Origin: an uncultured Verrucomicrobiae bacterium
GTDB taxonomy: Bacteria > Verrucomicrobiota > Verrucomicrobiia > Limisphaerales > Palsa-1400
Reading direction: 5' to 3'
Length of the DNA: 64,000 nt
NCBI GenBank assembly: GCA_963764165.1
Contig: CAVXRD010000001.1
Coordinates: forward strand, 32,001 to 96,000
Shown here: positions 39,519-51,000 of the stretch, piece by piece
Layout: every line of letters begins with the position of its first letter
Position numbering within the stretch: position 1 is the stretch's first letter
Notes under the pieces: model-generated
What the model saw: only the letters and a program-made list of their open reading frames with translations
What the model was told of the DNA's origin: nothing
The model's database searches: none
Made by a program: the position numbers and the translations under genes

Positions 39519-41213
39519 CTACTTCAGCTTGAACGCATTAATCGTTATGACTTCGTTCGTGCTTGCCAGATCATAAGTGTTTATCCCCACGCCGCTGGTA
39601 GACGTGGCAAAATCCAATTGCAAGTACACAGGGACGGCGGGGCTGGGGTTGGTCTGTGTCATTATGACCATCGCCGTGTGGTTTCCCGTCGGGAAACACG
39701 AGTAAGTTCCCATTTCACCAATTGCCGGCAAGCCATTATTTAGCCCGATATAGAAAGCCTCGGTAAACATTCCTTCGAAGAATGAGATGGTGTTGGCATG
39801 CGCCCCCGCAGGAATTAGAACAGTCTTTCCATCAAGCGTAGCCGGGAGCAAATCCTTCGTCGGCGTTACCGTAAATTTCCCCGCTTCGAATCCGTTCGTA
39901 TTAAAAAAACTTCCGCCCTGGCTGGTGGTGAACAACAAATCCCAGACACCGCCCGAGCCGGCTTCAAGCGGGGGATAAACGTAACTGAACGAAACTTGGG
40001 CGCTTTTGGGACCCGACCGCAGATACGCATAATTGCCGACACCACTCGGTTCATAGGCGAGGGAGGTTATGCCAAAGGTGGCTTCGCCGAAATCAACCGT
40101 GTATGGATGCTTTGGCTGGAATGGCAGTTCGTTCTCAGGCGTCATCCGAATCTGAAATCCTGCCAGAGACGCAGGGGCAAACTGGGCGCCCTCTTTGTGC
40201 ACCGCTGTGTTTGTGAACTCACCGACGCCGACAGCCACTTCACTTGAGTCGAAAGCGCTCGAAAAGTAATTCCCCGCCTTAGAAGATGCAAACGTCACCA
40301 CCAAATCGTTGGATTCGCCGAGGCTGGCCCCTTGTATCGAACGCATGCTTATCAAGCCCCCGCACGGAGAAAATTTAGTGTAAGTGTAAGCTCCCAACGC
40401 ATTCGTAGATGTCGGACTATTGTTGGTAAAGACGCCATCGGAGTATGCCACGGTGTTTGAATTGCCGAAATCATAGGTCATGCCCGTGAGCGAGGACGGC
40501 GCCAAATTCGTTGCCAAGGGGAAGCCTGTTTCCATCGTTCCGGTGTCTCCTGAGGACGTGGCAAACGTCACGAGAACTGGATCGCCCATGGCAAAAGTAA
40601 TATCCAGGACATTGGTGACTCCAGCCATTTCCGCCGGAGCTATGTAATCAAGAAAGATCTGCGCCGTGTTCGTGCTTGTCACTGTGTATGTGTAGTTTCC
40701 GACGCCTGAGGGATGATTCGTGTCAGTTGACTGCTGCACGAACGTGCTGGCGCCAAAACTTATTTCATATGGGACTCCATCGGACAGGACCATTTGAGCC
40801 GCAGTGCCGTCCAATGACCCGGGAGCAAGCACCAACTGGCCAGCGTCGATTGTAATGTAGTTTGTTTTGGATGAGTGCCCGAGGAGATCGACGGCGTAAG
40901 CAGCGACCACGTTGCTCCCTAATAAAAGGTCAATCGAAGCCGACCAAGTTTTGCTGGTATTTGTGACGGCGGGCGACCATTCGAAATCACCCGTCTTGGT
41001 TGCGGCGTTGCCACAGTGAATCGCCTCAATCCCGCCCGCCGCGTGATACGTGCCGGACACCGAATACGGGCCTGTGAATGCCGGCTTCTTTTTTCCCGGG
41101 GCAGTTATAGAGATTACCGGCGGTGAGACCTTTTCAGCTCGGGCGGATTGGGTTGAAAATCTAGCCAGCACAAAACTTAACACTGCAAACACACAGCCAG
41201 ATCCAGTTCGCAT
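39519..41213 (-). CDS. Secreted hypothetical protein with Ig-like and repeated beta domains
   Basis: Signal peptide, Thr/Ser-rich, four P-x-[ST]-L-x-G-started units. Confidence 0.75.
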   Translation of the reverse strand: MRTGSGCVFAVLSFVLARFSTQSARAEKVSPPVISITAPGKKKPAFTGPYSVSGTYHAAGGIEAIHCGNAATKTGDFEWSPAVTNTSKTWSASIDLLLGSNVVAAYAVDLLGHSSKTNYITIDAGQLVLAPGSLDGTAAQMVLSDGVPYEISFGASTFVQQSTDTNHPSGVGNYTYTVTSTNTAQIFLDYIAPAEMAGVTNVLDITFAMGDPVLVTFATSSGDTGTMETGFPLATNLAPSSLTGMTYDFGNSNTVAYSDGVFTNNSPTSTNALGAYTYTKFSPCGGLISMRSIQGASLGESNDLVVTFASSKAGNYFSSAFDSSEVAVGVGEFTNTAVHKEGAQFAPASLAGFQIRMTPENELPFQPKHPYTVDFGEATFGITSLAYEPSGVGNYAYLRSGPKSAQVSFSYVYPPLEAGSGGVWDLLFTTSQGGSFFNTNGFEAGKFTVTPTKDLLPATLDGKTVLIPAGAHANTISFFEGMFTEAFYIGLNNGLPAIGEMGTYSCFPTGNHTAMVIMTQTNPSPAVPVYLQLDFATSTSGVGINTYDLASTNEVITINAFKLK

Positions 41214-41313
41214 AGATATTTTATTCCTCCATTACAGTCCAAAGCGAGTTTCACATTCAGACACTAGCAGGACACCTTTTCATCGGTAGCATTTTCCCCG
41301 TTGGACTGTTAAA

Positions 41314-42630
41314 CTAAATCTTGGGAGTCCAGCCGTCGCGATATTCCCGCTGCCACAAGGCCGAAGCCGCCTCGTCGCCGACGATTTTGCGCGAGGCTGG
41401 GTCAACATTCAGCGTGTGGCCGGTGCGCCAGGCGATGTTGCCGAGGTGGCAGAGCAGCGTGCTTTTCTGGCCGTCTTCAATTTCCGAACGCAGCGGCTTG
41501 TCGTTGCGGATGGCGTCAATAAAATTGGCGAAGTGAATGGAATCGGCTGTCTCGCTGCCTTCCAGTTTGCCGGGAATTTCGCGCACGAGCTTGTTCTTTA
41601 GGTCGTAGATTTTCGCGCTTGAGGAGATAGTCATGCTTCCCTTCTCGCCGTAGAAATTCACGCCGAAGCCTTCGCCCTCGAATCCGCGCGGATCGCAGCT
41701 TTGGCCCTCCCAGACAATTCCAACATCGCCGTAATCAAAAGTGGCCACGTAAAGATCGGGCGTCTCCCAATCATCTTGACCTTGAAAATGGTAGCGGTTG
41801 CCGCCGCAGGTCACGCGCTTGGGAAGGTCCACGCGCAAGCCCCATCGCGCCAAGTCCAGCGAGTGGACTCCGTTGTTCCCCAGCTCGCCCGTGCCCCAAT
41901 TCCAAAACCAGTGCCAATTGTAATGGATGACGTTGTCTTTGAACGGGCGCTCCGGCGCGGGGCCCTGCCACAGCGAGTAATCAAGCCATGACGGAACGGG
42001 CGCCAGCTTTCCGTGGCCAATCGAGGCCCGATGGTTGGTGTACCAAGCCCGGGCGAACGAGAGCTTCCCAATTTCGCCGTCGTGCAGCGCCTTGATCGCT
42101 TCCTGAACCCACGGCCAGCTCCGGCGCTGATTTCCCATTTGCACCTTGCGCTTAAATTTCCGCGCGGCGGCCACCAGCCATTCGCTTTCCTGGCCGTTAT
42201 GGCTTCCCGGCTTCTCGACGTAAACGTGTTTGCTTGCGGCGCAGGCCATGATTGCCGCGGGCGCATGCCAATGGTCGGGCGTGGCAATCGTCACCGCGTC
42301 AATATCGGGGTTGTCAAATAACCGGCGCATATCGGCGACTCCTTTGGGAGCCTTGCCTTGCGCTTTCTCGACGGTCGCAACTCCGCGGGCCAGCGCCCGG
42401 CTGTCCACATCGCAAATCGCGGCGATTTCGACATTCTCCAGAGCTTGCAGCGCGGCGATGTGCGCCGCGCCGCGCCCGTTGCAGCCAATCACCGCAACGC
42501 GGACGCGCTCGTTTGCGCCGGCCGCGCGGAGCGAAGGAACAGATGCAAGGGACACCGCCCCCGCAAATGCCGAGGCTCGTTTGACAAATTCGCGGCGTGT
42601 CAAGCCGCTCGTTTCATTTCTTGAGCGCAT
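41314..42630 (-). CDS. Tat-exported Gfo/Idh/MocA oxidoreductase
   Basis: TRREFVK, VIGCNGRG, ATPDHWH, VYVEKP, GNNGVHSLD. Confidence 0.92.
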   Translation of the reverse strand: MRSRNETSGLTRREFVKRASAFAGAVSLASVPSLRAAGANERVRVAVIGCNGRGAAHIAALQALENVEIAAICDVDSRALARGVATVEKAQGKAPKGVADMRRLFDNPDIDAVTIATPDHWHAPAAIMACAASKHVYVEKPGSHNGQESEWLVAAARKFKRKVQMGNQRRSWPWVQEAIKALHDGEIGKLSFARAWYTNHRASIGHGKLAPVPSWLDYSLWQGPAPERPFKDNVIHYNWHWFWNWGTGELGNNGVHSLDLARWGLRVDLPKRVTCGGNRYHFQGQDDWETPDLYVATFDYGDVGIVWEGQSCDPRGFEGEGFGVNFYGEKGSMTISSSAKIYDLKNKLVREIPGKLEGSETADSIHFANFIDAIRNDKPLRSEIEDGQKSTLLCHLGNIAWRTGHTLNVDPASRKIVGDEAASALWQREYRDGWTPKI

Positions 42631-43723
42631 TCAATTCGTGAAGCAAATGCAGGAAAAAGGCGACATTATCCATTTGCAGATAGCGCATGGTTCCGCCCAT
42701 GCGCGCGTAGCTTTTGCAGAAGCGCAGATAATAGGCGGGATTTTCTTTCGGCGGCTCGCCCCGCGTCCAATCCCATTTGCCGCCATCCTGCAAATCGACG
42801 ACATAAATATTGTGGCCTTTGACAATTTCCCTGCCCGATTGCAGGCGTAGATTATTGACGCAGCTTAGGCTCTTCTCAAAGACTTGCGGCCCCATGATGG
42901 CTGAACCTACCGACATCACCACGCCGCCGTCCAATTCTTCGACCGAGCCGCCGAAAATTCGGAAATCCATTTCCGCGGCTCGTCCGAGAGCCGCGCCGTT
43001 GAACATAGGGTGATTGGCAAAAATGTCGTAACCGATGCCCGGGTGAACAGTAAAGGGAACATTCAATTGGAATGCCTGGGCAACAACGCAGGTCTCCTTC
43101 CAAACATGCCGCACAATTTCCGATCCGCCGCGCAAGCCGTTCACACGCATCGCCCAAAGCAGTTCGGCTTTGGCGGGCGCAAATTCGTCACTCGGATTGG
43201 CCCTTATGGCCGCCTCAAGCTCCGCTACGCCAGGCAGAAACGTCCCGTCCTCCATAACGAAGCGCCCAATCGCCCGCCCGAGCCCATCGCCTTGGAGGCC
43301 ACCCGCGAGAGCTGCCATGTTAATATTCCTGCCAGTGCCGTCCCATGTTCCGAACGTTCCAGTGGCAACGTTCTCGCGAACGCTCTCAGTGGAAACCCCG
43401 CAGAAGGCAAATTCCCAATCGTGAATGATTCCCGCGCCATTGGTGGCGAGGTGCGTCACCCAATTTTCCTGCATGAGCTTGATTAAGAGCGGAGCAGCGC
43501 CGTTCTTAATCAAATGCGCTCCATAAATAAGCATCACCGAAGCGCTCTTGCCTCGGGCGGAAAAAATGTCCCGGGCGCATTGCCGGATTTGGTCGAGGTT
43601 GAGATTATTGGCGGCGGGAAGTGCGGCCTCGGGCTGAATTAAAATTTCCTCCAACCGCGCCATGCTGCGGCGTTCCGCCAGGGGGAGAACCTTCAGCCGT
43701 GTAAGATTGATCGGTGCCGACAT
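42614..43723 (-). CDS. Hypothetical protein
   Basis: Long ORF overlapping the downstream gene; GAHLIKNG, ATNGAG.IHDWE, GSAIMGPQVFEK. Confidence 0.75.
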   Translation of the reverse strand: MSAPINLTRLKVLPLAERRSMARLEEILIQPEAALPAANNLNLDQIRQCARDIFSARGKSASVMLIYGAHLIKNGAAPLLIKLMQENWVTHLATNGAGIIHDWEFAFCGVSTESVRENVATGTFGTWDGTGRNINMAALAGGLQGDGLGRAIGRFVMEDGTFLPGVAELEAAIRANPSDEFAPAKAELLWAMRVNGLRGGSEIVRHVWKETCVVAQAFQLNVPFTVHPGIGYDIFANHPMFNGAALGRAAEMDFRIFGGSVEELDGGVVMSVGSAIMGPQVFEKSLSCVNNLRLQSGREIVKGHNIYVVDLQDGGKWDWTRGEPPKENPAYYLRFCKSYARMGGTMRYLQMDNVAFFLHLLHELNALKK

Positions 43724-43783
43724 TTGTCAGTTTCGTAATGGACACTGGCAAACATCGGCTGCCGATTCAATTCTCTTTTCTGT

Positions 43784-44260
43784 TTACCCCCTTTCCGATT
43801 TGACTACGCCGCTGTGTTTTACGGGCCAGTTCAATATGTCCGTTCGAGGCCGCAGCACATCTTGCGGCGGCCAGGCGAAGTGACAATCACGGCAGTAAAA
43901 CTCTTTGTCGATTAGGCGGAACAATAATGCCAACGAACCAAAAATGGTCGGCATGATGAAGTTCCGTCCGAATTGCGGGTAGTCAATGTTGGGCGAGCCG
44001 CATTTCAAACAATGCACCTCGTGTTGCAACAAGCGCTCTTCCGCATCCGTCGAGACAAGATATTCCCGGGCTTTCTGAAAATCCGGGACCTTTACCATGA
44101 CCCGATCGCACGCCAGCGGTTTGGTCAAAAATACCATCCGCTGAAAACGCTTGTTGTCCATGATTTTGGCTTCGATGCCCGCCCGCTCCAGTTTCGCTTT
44201 CACGGCCTGGGCATGTTCCAAATCGTTGAAGGTCGCCACGGCTTCGATTGGTCCTTTCAT
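43784..44260 (-). CDS. DUF2007-like protein with zinc finger
   Basis: AQAVKAKLERAGI, CLKC...CRDC flanking a TM segment. Confidence 0.72.
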   Translation of the reverse strand: MKGPIEAVATFNDLEHAQAVKAKLERAGIEAKIMDNKRFQRMVFLTKPLACDRVMVKVPDFQKAREYLVSTDAEERLLQHEVHCLKCGSPNIDYPQFGRNFIMPTIFGSLALLFRLIDKEFYCRDCHFAWPPQDVLRPRTDILNWPVKHSGVVKSERG

Positions 44261-44481
44261 GTACTTACATTAAGCCCCGAAAGCATCGCTTCAATGATAC
44301 GGAGTGCTGAACTCAAGGTGAGGGTTTTTTCCGAGCGATCCTTGCCAGAAATGACGAATCGGGATTTTGGAAATTAAACCGGAGGAACCGGATAAAACAG
44401 ATTTTCAGAGGCGTCATCAGGAATGAAATTCATCCCACGCATCTGCCGTGCAGTCGACTTCCTTGATTAGGAAAAATTGAA

Positions 44482-44636
44482 TCAGGAACGACCGAACTCA
44501 GGAAAAGAGACTGCAATTGGTTTCGCGCGCCTCGTTATTTCGGGTCGGTGGCGAGGTATTTCTTGCCGTCATTAGCGTCATCTCCATCCTTCGAAAACGA
44601 CCCCGGCCTCTTTTTCCTGAGTTCGGGCGTTCCTGA
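44482..44636. repeat. Element bounded by 25-bp inverted repeats (MITE-like)
   Basis: TCAGGAACG[A/C]CCGAACTCAGGAAAA at 44482-44506, inverted at 44612-44636. Confidence 0.75.
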
Positions 44637-44860
44637 CTATTTATTTTCCAGTTGGGATTTTCACGCCAAGCCCAAGGGCACGGCAAGGTCAGCAGTAGCC
44701 AGAAAGGAAATTTGGTCAAAATTTTGCCAAAAATGCAGACTTCTTCGAGATAGCACTTTTTCGAGATAGCATTGCAGAGGTTCCTCGCCGAAATGAATCA
44801 AATCGGGGGACTGATATTCCACCGAAATCGCATCGGGTGTGATTAAAAGCGGGTGACGGA

Positions 44861-44957
44861 GCGCGGCTGTGTCGAAGACCAGCCGCAGCAATACTCGGTT
44901 CATCCAGCGCGTCTCTCGGGTTAACGTTTCTGCGGCTGGTCTTCGACACAGCCGCGC
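44861..44957. repeat. REPIN-like element with perfect 28-bp inverted repeats
   Basis: GCGCGGCTGTGTCGAAGACCAGCCGCAG at 44861-44888, reverse complement at 44930-44957; each arm is itself a hairpin. Confidence 0.88.
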
Positions 44958-45037
44958 AAAACTGTCTGCGCGCATCACCCACTTCTAATCACACCCAATC
45001 GCGTCCTGAACGAAACTTTTAGCTTGCCTAATGGCCG

Positions 45038-48000
45038 ATGCTTGGTAGTCTTCGGGCCGGTCTTCGGAAAACCTGTAAATCACGGAGGTCTGCTTTGAGA
45101 CGCTCGATTTTATTGACACTTATTATTGGCGCTGTTGTTCTGGCGAGCCTTAGCCTTCTCCGCCCCGGCGATTTCGTTTCCCGTCCGCCATCAGCGCCGC
45201 CAGCCACGCTAATCGCCGGGTCCAGGCCGCAACTCCCCCCGCCTTCACCCAATGCCCCACTCCCCCGCTCTGTAGTGGTTGTGGCAGCAACGAACACGGC
45301 CAGTCCGGCGAAGGTTTCGCCTAAGGCTATTCCAACCGCCGAAGATAAATTCGCGGTTTGGGCCGATGCCTTCGCCAGTGGCGCGTCGAATATCGCCGAG
45401 GGCAAGCAACTGGCCAAGGAGCGCAGGGCGGAAATGAAAAATTTAATTCAAACCAATCCTCAGCGCGCCCTGGCGGAAACGGTCCCGTTCGCGTGGCGCC
45501 AACAGTTGCCGCCGGAAATTACCGCGGAATTCGAGCAGCAACTGGATGGCCGGGGTAATTTGATGGTGGCTGTCGGGACTGATTTTTCCCAGGGAACGAG
45601 CTTCGTCGATCGCCGCGTGGAAATGGGCGGCAAGACTTACCAAGCCTACGTCTACGGCCGCCGGTTGATCCAAGCGTGCCAAACTGGCATCCCGTTGCAT
45701 GGCATTGCTTTGGATGGCAAAATGGCGGTGCTGCCAGATCCGTTGCGCAAGTTGGGTTCCGACGAGGCCAGCGCGCTGGCCGCGCAGAGCGGAACCCCGC
45801 TGGAGGAGATTTGCGGGGTTTCCGGGCAGGCCGCCGATTCTCGAAATCAACCCGTTTACGCCGAGAGCGGCCACGGCATTTTGTGCTTTTGCGGCGATGA
45901 TCATTATGCTCTGGTCAACCGGAGCCAGGCGCTGGCCGAAAGCGGTGGAACGGCCGCCACCGGCGACAAGACGACACTTTCCGGCGATGCGACCATCGAC
46001 GACGCTTGGACAGAGGGGCCGAAGGCTGTGCTGTATATGCGGGTTAATTTCCCAGACGATCTCACCGAGCCCATTTCGGAAGCAGATGCCTACGAGGCGA
46101 TGGAGCAAGTCAATAACTATTACACGTCACAATCCTACAATTTGACCTCGATGGACGCGACCGTCACCCCTCTGCTCACGGTTCCGCAAGTCAAAGCTTT
46201 TTATACACCCGATCCCAGCCTTCTCCTGGCGGACGCCCGGGCGGCGGCGTTGAACGCGGGCTTCGACACGGACAATTTTGACCGCGACATCGTCGTGTTT
46301 ACTGGGGTGCCCGGTTACACGTTCGGAGGCCTGGCTTATGTGGGCGGCAAAGGCGTCTGGCTGCAATCCATGGGTGCCGGGGTGACTTCGCATGAGCTGG
46401 GCCACAACGAGGGTCTTTGGCACGCGAACCTGTGGAATACCACCTCCAATTTCAGCGGCATCGGCCCGGGCACGAATCTGGAATATGGCAATGTTTACGA
46501 CACGATGGGCAGCGCCAATGCCGGCATATACCAATTCAATTCCGCCCACAAAAATGCGCTCGACTGGCTCAAGGCCGACGCCGTGCAGCTTGTCGCCACC
46601 AGCGGCGTTTATCGCATTTACCCGATGGACGATCCAACCCGTGTGGCCGGGCGGTCTTACGCGGCGGTCGTGCGGAAAGATCTCATGCGCAATTACTGGA
46701 TTGAATTTCGCAACCTGTTCACAGGCAATCCGTGGACGCAGCACGGCGCGCTGCTGAATTGGGCTCCATGGGAGCTAAGCAACGGCGGCTCTCATTTGAT
46801 TGACACGACGCCCGGCTCGCCCGACCCCTCCGACCCCGACAGCCGGGATGATGCCGCCGTGGTCATTGGCCGCACGTTCAACGACGAGGCCGCGGGTGTC
46901 CACATCACGACTCTCGCCCGCGGCGCGACCGGGACCGACCCTTACCTCGACGTGCAGGTGAATGTCGGCGGATTCCTGGGAAATCAGGCGCCCTACATGG
47001 ACGTCGAGGTGGATCAAACCAATGTCGCGCCCGGCACAGAAATACATTTCCACGCCTCGGCGATTGATCCAGATGGCGACACGATGGCTTACGCATGGAC
47101 GTTTATGGATGATTTTTCCTTTTCTACGAATAATTTGCCGTGGATCGGGAAGATTTGGAACACGGCGGGCGATCACGTCGTCCGCTGCGTGGTCAGCGAC
47201 ATGAAAGGGGGGGAAGCCAGCGCCAACACCGTCGTCACAGTGGGCAGTCCCGGCGGCGTGCGCATTACCGGGCGGGTCGTTGACACAAACGGCTATCCAT
47301 TGGAAGGCGTGCTGGTCGGCAACGGCACAAATATCGTCAGCGGCTTTCAAGGCTGCTACACGGATAGCGACGGGCGTTATATCATTGCCAACGTCAATAA
47401 CACTCTGCCTCTGGGCGCCATTCAGTATGGATACACTTTTGAGGCCACCACGAATTGGACGGACCCGCTTCCCGGCACGGATGCCGTCACGAATGCTGAT
47501 TTTGTCGGCACGCCGCTGACGGTCGTCACCCTCGCCGCGGATACCAACCAGATTTGGGATACGGACACTTCGACGCACACATTCACGCTGGCGCGCACGG
47601 GAAACGCCACGAACGAATTGACAGTGCAGCTCTACATTTCCGGCTCCGCCGCCCTCGGCACGGACTATTCCATGGAACCAACATTCCCGACCAATTACAT
47701 CACCTTTGAGCCCGGAACGAACAGCATAGAATTCGATTTGCATTCGCTTGACAACGGGAGCGCGGTCGGGCCCGTCACAGCCACGATGACCGCCACGGAC
47801 GATACCAACGACGTTTCGCCCGCCTACGTGCTCGGCCCGCTGGCGGAGGCGTCCATCACGATTCTCGTCAGCCATCCGGCGCCGAAATCCACCATCAGCG
47901 TGACCACCCCCACCCCGGAGATTTCGGAGACGGGAATCGATGGCGGGCAGTTTGTCTTCACGCGGGACGGGCCCACCTCAAACAGCCTTTACGTCAATTA

Positions 48001-51000
48001 TTCGATTGGCGGCACGGCTGTCCCGGGCATGGACTTCGCGCCGCTGGCGGGCGTCGTGCTCCTGGCAGCCGGCCAGGCCTCCACCACCATTCCGATGCAG
48101 CCGCTCAACGCGTATCGTGTCGCGTCGAATAGCACTGTGACGGTCACGATTGCCAGCAGCGGGAGTTACAACGTCGGCAGCTCGGCCTCGTCGACCATTA
48201 CCATCGACAACGACGCGACCACTTACGTGACCGTATTTCCAACCGTTGAACCCGCCACGACCGGTTCGCCCGGCGTCTTCACCGTCAAACGCGACGGCAA
48301 TTTGTCCGACGCGCTGGTTGTCAATTACACCGCGAGTGGCACGGCCGTCTCCGGCACGCAATACAGGGCGCTGAGCGGGTCCGTCACCATTCCCGCCAAT
48401 GCAACGACGGCCAATGTGTCGCTGCAGCCGATTGACACCGGCGTATTGGAGCCGGACGAGTCGGTCACGCTGACCTTGGCCAACAATTACAATTACGACG
48501 TCGGCCTGCCCGCCAGCGCCACGATTGCGATTACGCAAAATGAAAAACCCACCATTTCAATACTCGCCACTGTCGACAGCACGACGGCGCAGGGGACGCC
48601 GTTCGGGGAATTTGTCATTTCAAGGACCGGCAGCACCGCCAGCAACCTCAGCGTCTACTTTAGCATCAGCGGGACGGCCTTTGCCGGCGCGGATTATCTG
48701 CCGTTAAGCAGCCCGGAGATCATTCCCAGCGGTTCGAAATCGGTCACGGTCGATGTAATTCCATTTCTCAATTCGTATCTCGAAGGCACCAACACGGTCA
48801 TTCTCTGCCTTCTGACGAACGAATCCTATAATGTCGGCTCGCCCAACACGGCCGACATCTTCATCGGCCCGTCTGGATCGCCGCAGGAGCCGGGCATCGG
48901 ATTTTGCTTTCCAAGTTCGTCGTATCCGGCGTTCGAATCGCCCGGCATTGCGGTGGCGCTGAGCCTGCCTTCGACGAGCCCAGTGACAGTCAGTTACGTG
49001 GTCGTCGGAGGCACCGCGCCATCTTCACGCTATTCCTTGCCGTCCGGCACGTTGACCATTGAACCGACAAACGAAGTGGGAATTATTCCGCTCACGGTTC
49101 TCAACCCAATTTCTCCGCAGCCGGAACAAACCGTTGAAGTCGCGCTTTACAATCCGATCAGTGCGTCGCTCGGCGCGATCCGCGTCCATACCTACACGAT
49201 CCAGTCCAATGACGGCTGTGCGATCAGCGTGAGCGCGACCGTTTCAAACGCGTCGCGGGCGGGGCCGGTGCCGGGCAACTTCCGCTTCACGCGCACGGGC
49301 CCGACGACGGCCAGCCAGCCGGTCACGTTCGAGATCACCGGGACGGCCAGCGCGCCGGCGGATTACCAGCCGCTGGGAAATTCGATCACAATTCCCGCCG
49401 GCGCCACCTACGTGGATTTGCCCGTGACGCCGACGGATCTGGAATCCGTGCAAATTGGGCAGACTGTAGTCTTGACATTGATCAGCGCGAGCAACGCCGC
49501 CGTCGCCACGCCGAGCACGGCGGTGGTGAACATCAACGACAACGCGACCAACATCTTCCCCGTCGTCGCAGTAACGTCAACGAACCAGCCCTACGCAGTC
49601 GAGGGCGGTGCGAATGGAGCCTTCGTCATCACGCGCACAGGATCGACCGCCGCCGCGCTGACGGTCACACTCGCTGTCAGCGGCACGGCCACGCCTGGCT
49701 CGCGATATACCGCGTTGCCCACGTCTGTGACCATTCCAGCGGGCCAAACCAGCGTGACTATCCCGGTGGTCGCCATCAACGACACCGCCGTCGAGGGTGA
49801 ACAGACGGTCATACTTTCGCTCACCGTCGGCCAAACCTACCAAATCGGCGCAAACGCGGCGGCGACGGTGACGATTCAGGACAACGACCAAAACGTCTGG
49901 ATTGACGCCGGAGTTTTTGACGCGGCCAAATATGGCCCCGTGCCGGGGCAGTTCACTTTTTCGCGTTTTGGCACCACCAACACCCCGGTCACAATTTACT
50001 ACACGATTAGCGGAACGGCGCGGGACGGATACGACTACGCGTTCATCACCAACTTCATTGTCATCCCGGCAGGACAATTGACGACCACGCTGCAGATCAT
50101 GCCGCAACTCACTGGCGTGGTGGAAGGACCGGTCACGGTCACGCTCACGCTGCTGGCGAATTCAGCCTACGGGCTGGGCGCTCCCAGGAGCGGCACAGTG
50201 ACCATCGCGGATAATTACCCTAACCTCACGATCAGATCGATCATCACGAATGTGCTCGAAGGCAGCGGTTCCAACGGCGTCTTTCGGCTGTCACGCACCG
50301 GCGATCCCAATATCGATTTCACCGCCTATCTGTCCGTCGGCGGCACGGCCACTTACGGAACAAGCTATCCAGCCTTCCCGACGAACATCTATTTTTCGTG
50401 CGGAATCATGTCGATTGACTTGTTCGTCTCGCCGATCAACGACATGGTGGCGGACGGCGATAAAACGGTGACGACGCTTATTGTGCCCAACCCGGCCTAC
50501 ACCATCGGTTCGCCCAGCAACGCCGTCTTAACCATTAACGATGCCGGGACCAACGAGACGCCGCAGGTCGTGATCGATAGCCCCGTCGGCGGCGTGGTGT
50601 ATTTGGTCGGCACGAATGTGGGGCTTGTTCTGAATGCAAGTGCCACGCAAACCAATCCTTTCATTAACGTGACCTGGAGCGAAGTTTCCGGCCCGGCTGC
50701 GTTTGCTTTCACGGACATCACCAATTTGGATACGGAAGTCCTCTTTACCAACGCCGGCATCTACGTGCTGCGTTGCACGGCGTCCAATGGCACATGGCAA
50801 ACGTCTGCCGATGTCACGGCCATTGTCGCGGCCGATATTTTGAGCAGCTCAAATATTTTGCATTGGCCGTTGGACGATGGCGCAGGGACCAACGTCCTCG
50901 ATATTTCCGGCCGCACCAATAACGGCTACCTGGCCGGCTCTCCTTTGTGGACGTCGAATGGCATTATCGGCGGCGCTTTGAATTTCGACGGCGGCAGCGA

